Shown here piece by piece: positions 58,058 through 64,000 of a DNA stretch of 64,000 bases (position 1 is its first letter; each line of letters starts with the position of its first letter). Origin of the DNA: an uncultured Chloroflexia bacterium (GTDB taxonomy: Bacteria > Chloroflexota > Dehalococcoidia > DSTF01 > JALHUB01). The DNA lies in NCBI GenBank assembly GCA_963703345.1, contig OY969814.1, positions 288,001 to 352,000 on the forward strand, given 5' to 3'. The translations under genes and the position numbers were made by a program. The notes under the pieces were generated by a model, which worked only from the letters and a program-made list of their open reading frames with translations, had not been told where the DNA came from and ran no database searches.

Positions 58058-58702
58058 ATGATCGCGCTCATCGGCGGCACGGGCCCTGAGGGAAAGGGAC
58101 TGGCGCTGCGGTTCGCCGCGGCCGGCGAGATCGTGATGATCGGCTCGCGCTACAAGGAGCGCGCCGTCGCTGCCGCCGAGGAGGTGCGACGCCTGGTCCC
58201 CGACGCCTGGGTGCGCGGCGCTCTCAACCGTCGCGCCGCCCGCGAGGCAGACGTCATCGTCCTCACGGTGCCATTCGAAGGGCATGCCCGCGTCCTCGCG
58301 TCGCTGACCGAGTACGCCCGCGGCAAGATCCTTATCGATACCGTCGTGCCGCTGGTTTTCGAGAAGGGGCGCATCAGCGTCCAGCCTGTTGAGGAAGGGT
58401 CCGCGGCGGAGCAGGCGCAGCGGATGCTGCCGGACACGCGGGTGGTCGCCGCTTTCCAGAACCTGAGCGCGGTCGAGCTCTCCGCGCTCGACCGGCCGCT
58501 GGACGCCGACGTGGTCGTCTGCGCCGACAACGTAGCGGCCAGGAACGCCGTGATGGCGCTGATCGACAAGATGCCCGGCCTGCGCGGCGTCAACGGCGAC
58601 GGCCTGGCGAACGCCCACCACCTGGAAGAGATAACCGCGCTTCTGTTGTCCCTCAACCGCATTCATCGAGCCCACGCCAGCGTCAAGTTCACGGGTATCT
58701 GA
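58058..58702 (+). CDS. npdG: NADPH-dependent F420 reductase
   Basis: GGTG..GKGLA.R, GSR, VP, EGSAAEQ, AFQNLSA. Confidence 0.93.
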   Translation: MIALIGGTGPEGKGLALRFAAAGEIVMIGSRYKERAVAAAEEVRRLVPDAWVRGALNRRAAREADVIVLTVPFEGHARVLASLTEYARGKILIDTVVPLVFEKGRISVQPVEEGSAAEQAQRMLPDTRVVAAFQNLSAVELSALDRPLDADVVVCADNVAARNAVMALIDKMPGLRGVNGDGLANAHHLEEITALLLSLNRIHRAHASVKFTGI

Positions 58703-58704
58703 GG

Positions 58705-59481
58705 ATGCCGTCGCGAGCTGCCCCAGGGCCGCCGGAGGTCCGCATCCTCGGCATCGCCGGCATGCCCGAAATAGCGCCCGGCGACGACATCGCCGCGCTC
58801 ATCCTCGACGCGCTGGCCGCGCAGGGGACGGCGCTTGAGGACGGCGACGTGCTGGTCGTCACGCAGAAGATCGTCTCCAAGGCGGAGGGACGGCTGGTCG
58901 AGCTGAAAACGGTCGAGCCGTCGGAGCTGGCGAAGCGATTTGCGCGTCGCTGGCGGAAGGACGGGCGGCAGGTCGAGGTCGTGCTGCGCGAGGCGAGGCG
59001 AATCGTGCGCATGGACAGGGGCGTCCTGATCGTCGAGACGCGGCATGGCTTCGTCTGCGCCAACGCCGGCGTCGATGCGTCGAACACGGGGCGGCCCGGC
59101 TTCGTGACGCTGCTTCCCGAAGACCCGGACGCATCTGCGGAGCGGATCCGCGCGGAGATCCGGCGACGGGCGGGCGCGAAGGTGTCGGTCATCATCGCGG
59201 ACAGCTTCGGCCGGCCCTGGCGCGAGGGCATCGACCAGGTGGCGCTAGGCGTGGCGGGCCTGCTGCCGCTGCGCGACTATACAGGCGAGCGCGACCCCGA
59301 CGGCTACGAGCTGCGGGTGACGCAGGTGGCGCTGGCGGACGAGCTGGCGGCGGCGGCGGAGCTGGTGATGGGGAAACTGGACCGCGTGCCGGCGGCGATC
59401 GTTCGCGGCTTTGCGGCGCCGGCGGGCGAGGGCAGCGGGCGGCAGCTCCTGCGCGACGCGGCGAAAGACCTCTTCCGCTAG
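58705..59481 (+). CDS. cofE: F420-0:L-glutamate ligase
   Basis: GDD, TQKIVSKAEG, CANAGVD.SN, PEDPD.SA, DSFGRPWR.G, ADELA. Confidence 0.95.
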   Translation: MPSRAAPGPPEVRILGIAGMPEIAPGDDIAALILDALAAQGTALEDGDVLVVTQKIVSKAEGRLVELKTVEPSELAKRFARRWRKDGRQVEVVLREARRIVRMDRGVLIVETRHGFVCANAGVDASNTGRPGFVTLLPEDPDASAERIRAEIRRRAGAKVSVIIADSFGRPWREGIDQVALGVAGLLPLRDYTGERDPDGYELRVTQVALADELAAAAELVMGKLDRVPAAIVRGFAAPAGEGSGRQLLRDAAKDLFR

Positions 59482-59514
59482 GGGCGGTCGGACCAGGGCG
59501 GGAGCACGACCTAA

Positions 59515-60753
59515 TTGGAACAACCCTCTCCGACGTTTGACGACCTGAGGCTGGAGCCGTCGCCGGTGCCGGGCGTGAGCCGCAACGTTTTCGTGCTGGG
59601 GCTCGTGAGCCTGGCCACGGACGTCGCCAGCGAGATGCTCTATCCGCTGATCCCCATCTTCCTGACCGTCACGCTCGGCGCTCCGGTGGCGGCGCTGGGC
59701 GTTATCGAGGGGATCGCTGAGGGCACGGCCAGCCTCATGAAGGTCGGGTCGGGCTGGTATTCGGACCGACTTTCGATGCGCAGGCCGCTGGTCGCGGCGG
59801 GGTACGCGCTGTCGGCAATCGGCAAGGTGTTGCTGGCGACGGCGTTCCACTGGCCGCAGGTGCTCGTCGCCCGCACCGTCGACCGGTTCGGCAAGGGCGT
59901 GCGCACCTCGCCGCGCGACGCCCTCATTGCCGATTCCGCCCTTCCCGAGACATACGGGCGAGCGTTCGGCTTCCATCGGGCGGCGGACACGGCGGGAGCG
60001 GTGCTGGGGCCGCTGATCGGCCTGGCGATACTGGAGATCGTCGGTCAGAACCACTTGAGACCAGTGCTGCTCGCCGCGACCGTGCCCGGCGTGCTCAGCG
60101 TCGGGCTGCTGGCTTTCGTGAAGGAGCGGCGTCGCGAGCCGAAGCCGGTCGAAAGCGGCGCCGAGAGGCCGAAAATCGACCTGTCGGGCGCGAGTCCCGT
60201 GTTCTGGATTTTCCTGAGCATCAGTCTCCTCTTCGCGCTGGGCAACTCCAGCGACACCTTCCTCATCCTGAGGGCGAAAGACCTGGGGCTGAGCCTGGCG
60301 GTCGTCATCCTGCTGTATGTGCTGTACAACGCGAGCTACAGCCTGCTGTCGCTGCCGGCGGGCATCGTCGCGGACCGGGCGGGAAAGCGGCGGCTGGTGA
60401 CGGGCGGCTTCTTCGTCTACGGGCTGGTGTATATGGGGTTCGCGCTGGCTGGCCAGGGGAGCTCGCTGTGGCCGCTGTTCCTGGTCTACGGCGTGTACAT
60501 GGCGTTCACGGACGGCATGGCGCGGGCGATGGTGGCGGAGCTATCGCCGGAGGAGCGTCGGGGGACGTTTCTGGGGCTGTACCACACGGGCATCGGGCTG
60601 ATGGCGGTGGCGGCGAGCGTGCTGGCGGGGGTGCTGTGGGACGTCGTTGGGAAGCCAGCGCCGTTCTGGCTGGGCGCGTCGACGGGGTTTGCGGCGGCGG
60701 CACTCATGCTGGCGCTGCCGGGAGGGCGCTCATCAGCACGGGCGGACGTGTGA
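59515..60753 (+). CDS. MFS transporter
   Basis: D..SEM.YP, G.IEG.AE, SDR, DR.GKG.R..PRDA, AFGFHRA.D. Confidence 0.94.
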   Translation: MEQPSPTFDDLRLEPSPVPGVSRNVFVLGLVSLATDVASEMLYPLIPIFLTVTLGAPVAALGVIEGIAEGTASLMKVGSGWYSDRLSMRRPLVAAGYALSAIGKVLLATAFHWPQVLVARTVDRFGKGVRTSPRDALIADSALPETYGRAFGFHRAADTAGAVLGPLIGLAILEIVGQNHLRPVLLAATVPGVLSVGLLAFVKERRREPKPVESGAERPKIDLSGASPVFWIFLSISLLFALGNSSDTFLILRAKDLGLSLAVVILLYVLYNASYSLLSLPAGIVADRAGKRRLVTGGFFVYGLVYMGFALAGQGSSLWPLFLVYGVYMAFTDGMARAMVAELSPEERRGTFLGLYHTGIGLMAVAASVLAGVLWDVVGKPAPFWLGASTGFAAAALMLALPGGRSSARADV

Positions 60754-60754
60754 T

Positions 60755-60855
60755 TTGACCATTTGAATTCAATTGTTTTTCGTCGGTGTATGCGAATCTG
60801 AGCGAAGGCGACGTGAATGTGAGAAATTGCGCGAAATGCCGTCGAAAAAGGGCGA
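60755..60855. mobile_element. Intergenic family B AT-rich element
   Basis: TTGACCATTTGAATTCAATTGTTTTT...GAAATGCCGTCGAAAAAGGGCGA, homologous to the imuB insert. Confidence 0.78.
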
Positions 60856-61037
60856 AACTGGTGCAACAGGGCGCGGATGCGTCGAGGCGGGCGGCTGAGG
60901 GCGGGCAAGTGGAATCGAGTTGGCATTATGGGGTCATAATAGCAGAGGGAGGCGCCGGTCTGTAAGGCGGATGTGGCACCCGGCAGCATGGTGCCCTCAC
61001 TTATCCGCTCTTCACCACCCGACACATGCTGTCCTGC

Positions 61038-61829
61038 TCAACCTTCCTTTGGCTTCTTTGGCAGAAGGTACTGTACCAGGATAGGTTCAAACCTGAGTGT
61101 TCTCGGCATGACAGCGGACAGCCAGGACAGCAGATCGTACAATACAGAATCCGACTTCCGCACGACCCACCCTGGCACCGATTTACAATCTGAGCGCGCG
61201 AACTTCAATGTCCCTTCTCCATCCCCGAAATTCATGACCGAGCCAGCCCCCACGACAAAGAACGCGTCCGCGAGTCGGTTCTGCTCCACTGCATGCGCCC
61301 TCTCAAACTCAACGATCCTAGAATGAATGGTCGGAGGGCTCAATTGAGACTCAAACGCTATCAAGAACCAAGGCGGGCATCTGTAGAATCGCGCCATGTC
61401 TGAAGGATTCGTGTGTATCATCTCACCAACGCTATGGCGCGTCTCAAGTTTCTTGAAAACAAGGGAACTGGTGAGGGCACTCTCCAATCCATCGCTTGTC
61501 AGAATCGCCTTCACTTCGCCAGCGGCGGAGACACCTTCGATAAAGAACAGTCCAGGCAGGTCCGCCGTAAACGTGAACGGATGATCTTCGTTCGCTACAA
61601 CAACGTCCGTCTGCTTCGATCTGTGACCCTCACTATCAATGACCTCGCCCTGGCCTACTTGTAAGCGACGCGGCAAGTAGAGGCGCAGGAATGACCTGAA
61701 AGCCTCTTCAACGGCTGTCCCTTTGTCCCCGCCTTGCGCAAATGTGGCCCGAGCTTCCTTGAGTTTCGCCATCATCTGAACCTCGACGGCCCGTATCTTG
61801 TCTTTCAGGAACCCAGCATCCATCATCAT
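61038..61829 (-). CDS. DUF6602 domain (PD-(D/E)XK-like) protein
   Basis: G...E...R.FL..YLP....GQG.VIDS.G..S.Q.D.VV ... E.V.A..EVK..L; AT-richer than flanks. Confidence 0.8.
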   Translation of the reverse strand: MMMDAGFLKDKIRAVEVQMMAKLKEARATFAQGGDKGTAVEEAFRSFLRLYLPRRLQVGQGEVIDSEGHRSKQTDVVVANEDHPFTFTADLPGLFFIEGVSAAGEVKAILTSDGLESALTSSLVFKKLETRHSVGEMIHTNPSDMARFYRCPPWFLIAFESQLSPPTIHSRIVEFERAHAVEQNRLADAFFVVGAGSVMNFGDGEGTLKFARSDCKSVPGWVVRKSDSVLYDLLSWLSAVMPRTLRFEPILVQYLLPKKPKEG

Positions 61830-62056
61830 GATCGCTCCTGCGCTATACGCTGTGCCCGAAGAGCCCCAAAAGCGTTGTCGGGACCGCGCCGCCCAAGATC
61901 CACGCGGCCTCAGTCCCCCCGGCGAAGCGGCGGGTATTCGTCCGTCAGGCCCACGAGGAAGGCTTTGACACGCGCTTGCCACCGCAGCCACCCGTCCACG
62001 AGCCCGTAACGCGTGCCGGCTTTGGACGCAGCTACGGGTTGCGGTGAAGGGTGTCG

Positions 62057-62986
62057 CTAGCCCTGGTCGAGGATAGCCTTTATCTCGGCGGCGTAAGTCG
62101 CGCTCTCCTCGTCGTCGGTGACCAGCTCGATGTCCAGCGGCGAGCTCACGCCCAGCCCCAGCTCAACGGCCCGGGCGATCTGCTCCTGCTGGAAGATGGG
62201 CCCCTGGCTCACCTCAGGGGTCGTGCCCCAGCGACGGAGCAGGGCCACACCGACGGCGTCCATCGCCACCCGGTCGGTCCCCGCCAGGAACACCTGTGTA
62301 TCGACTCTAGTACCCTCGGACGGCCCTCCGGTTGTAAAGGCCACCAAGCCGTCCATCACGATCAGCTTCGGCTCGTAGGTAGTGTTGATCTCAGCCACCA
62401 TAGAGCGCATGTGCGGGCCCTGCGCCCCCGGCCCGCCGTGGAGATCGCCCATGTAGTTGTGGGACCCGTCCGGCAACTGGAGCGCCACCAACCCCACCGC
62501 CAGCTTTAGAGACAGGGTAAAGTGGCCCAAGAAATGTGTCTTCAGATTGCAGGTCGAGACGACCGCATCGACCTCTGAGAGGAGGCGAGGTACGGAGAAC
62601 CCTTCCGGCCAGTGACTGCCCTCGAAGTCCACCTTCCGCCAACCGTCCATATCCAAATCATCAAAGTCGAGGGTCTCGAAGCCCATCTCCTTCGCCATGT
62701 CATGGATGCCAAATGCGGCCATGATCTGCTTGGCGGGCTGCCGGCCCTGACCACCGAATCCACTTCGCTCGCCTAGCGTGATCTGCGTTGCTCCCGAATC
62801 CTTGACAACCTCCATGACAGCGCGAAGCGTGTCCGGGTGGGTGGACGCCGGGGAAGGGTCTGCGGTGTTGAAGTTCGGCTTGACGAGCACGCGGGAGCCG
62901 CTAAGACCGTTGGGCTTCAGCAGATTGACAGCGCGGCGAACGCCGTCTCGGCGAGTCTTCGCTTTGATGAATGAAATCTTTGACAC
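62057..62986 (-). CDS. DUF362 domain protein
   Basis: VLVKPNFN.AD..P.STH, LKTH, FTLSLK..VG, GGP, DRVA.D. Confidence 0.88.
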   Translation of the reverse strand: MSKISFIKAKTRRDGVRRAVNLLKPNGLSGSRVLVKPNFNTADPSPASTHPDTLRAVMEVVKDSGATQITLGERSGFGGQGRQPAKQIMAAFGIHDMAKEMGFETLDFDDLDMDGWRKVDFEGSHWPEGFSVPRLLSEVDAVVSTCNLKTHFLGHFTLSLKLAVGLVALQLPDGSHNYMGDLHGGPGAQGPHMRSMVAEINTTYEPKLIVMDGLVAFTTGGPSEGTRVDTQVFLAGTDRVAMDAVGVALLRRWGTTPEVSQGPIFQQEQIARAVELGLGVSSPLDIELVTDDEESATYAAEIKAILDQG

Positions 62987-63019
62987 TTTTCGCCTCGCTT
63001 TCTGCGGTGGCAGTCGCCG

Positions 63020-64000
63020 CTATGGGTCGCGGAGGACGGCGCCGGTGCTGGCGCTGGTCACTAGCGAGGCGTAGCGGCGCAGCCAGCGACTCGGCAGGTC
63101 ACGCTTGGGCGCCTTCGCCTCCGTGAGGCGCCACGCTATCTCCGCGTCCGACAGGTTGACGTCCAGACGGTGGTTCGGGATGTCGATGCTTATCGCGTCG
63201 CCGTCGCGCAGGGCGGCGATGGGCCCGCCGGCCGCCGCTTCCGGCGAGACGTGGCCGATGCAGCAGCCGTGGCTGCCGCCGGAGAAACGACCGTCGGTTA
63301 TCAGCGCCACCTTGTCGCCGAGGCCGCGCCCGACGATGTTCGCGGTCGGGGCGAGCATCTCCTGCATGCCGGGGCCGCCCTTCGGACCCTCGTAGCGGAT
63401 GACGACGACGTCGCCGTCCTTCACGTCGCCGCGCAGGACTGCGGCCGCCGCGTCCTCCTGCGACTCGTAGACACGCGCCGGCCCTTCGAAAACGAGCATC
63501 GACGGCTCGACGGCGCCGGACTTGACGACCGCGCCCTCCGGCGCCAGGTTGCCGAAGAGCACCGCCAGACCGCCGCTCTCGCTGAAGGGGCGCTCCAGCG
63601 GGCGTATGACTTCATCGTCGCGGATGACGGCGCCGGCGACGTTCTCGCCGAGGGTCTTCAGGGTGACGGTGATGCGGTCGGGGTCGAGGAGGCCGGGCTT
63701 GCGGCTGATCTCGTTGAGAATCGCGCTCACGCCGCCGGCGCGGTCGACGTCCTCAACGTGGACGATGTTTGCCGGCGCGACCTTGCAGATGTAGGGGACG
63801 CGCGCGGCGAGCTCGTTGATGCGCTGGAGCGGATAGTCGACGCCGCCCTCGTGGGCCAGGGCGAGAGCGTGGAGGACGGTGTTCGTGGAGCCGCCCATCG
63901 CCATGTCGAGGGCGAAGGCGTTGTCGAGCGACTGCGGCGTGACGAGCCGGCTGGGCCTGAGATCGGCCTCCAGCAGCTTCATCACCTGGTAGGCCGACTG
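63020..64000 (-). CDS. ilvD: Dihydroxy-acid dehydratase (3' part; 5' end outside the window)
   Basis: MGGSTN..LH, GNLAP.GAVVK, RYEGPKGGPGM.EML, TDGRFSG, GHVSPEA. Confidence 0.97.
   Translation of the reverse strand, partial: QSAYQVMKLLEADLRPSRLVTPQSLDNAFALDMAMGGSTNTVLHALALAHEGGVDYPLQRINELAARVPYICKVAPANIVHVEDVDRAGGVSAILNEISRKPGLLDPDRITVTLKTLGENVAGAVIRDDEVIRPLERPFSESGGLAVLFGNLAPEGAVVKSGAVEPSMLVFEGPARVYESQEDAAAAVLRGDVKDGDVVVIRYEGPKGGPGMQEMLAPTANIVGRGLGDKVALITDGRFSGGSHGCCIGHVSPEAAAGGPIAALRDGDAISIDIPNHRLDVNLSDAEIAWRLTEAKAPKRDLPSRWLRRYASLVTSASTGAVLRDP

Noticed and set aside
1-64000. CRISPR array, transposase, integrase or prophage
   Set aside because: No regularly spaced direct repeats and no recognisable cas, transposase, integrase or phage genes were seen.

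Overview
GC-rich bacterial chromosomal window, most consistent with Chloroflexota/Dehalococcoidia (inferred from F420 genes, PAC2, GAAC-N4-GTWC-type SOS boxes, TIGR04076 and DUF362 proteins). Mostly core or metabolic genes: tRNA-Thr(CGT), lipA/lipB, an AGPS-glpD-DAGK lipid cluster, udgB, an SOS-boxed imuB-DUF6504-dnaE2 mutasome cassette, recF, recJ, nnr, acpS, ruvB, plsX, a TPP-riboswitch thiamine operon facing a ThiY-like ABC/thiE operon, npdG/cofE and a partial ilvD. The most unusual signal is a set of at least five families of tiny non-autonomous palindromic or MITE-like elements. They occur intergenically and also appear inserted in-frame in proteins (DnaE2 twice, ImuB, an S51 peptidase, an ABC permease, the ThiO/ThiE ends), with a concentration in the mutasome cassette. 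Also notable: a split ORF pair that is a single UGA-readthrough PrdB/GrdB-like selenoprotein with a SECIS-like hairpin, a peptidase S51-CysRS C-terminal fusion, an ATA-initiated zinc-ribbon membrane protein, a Moco-riboswitch-like leader ahead of an ORFan, and an SOS box ahead of TIGR04076-ruvB. All calls are from motif recognition by eye; no searches were run.
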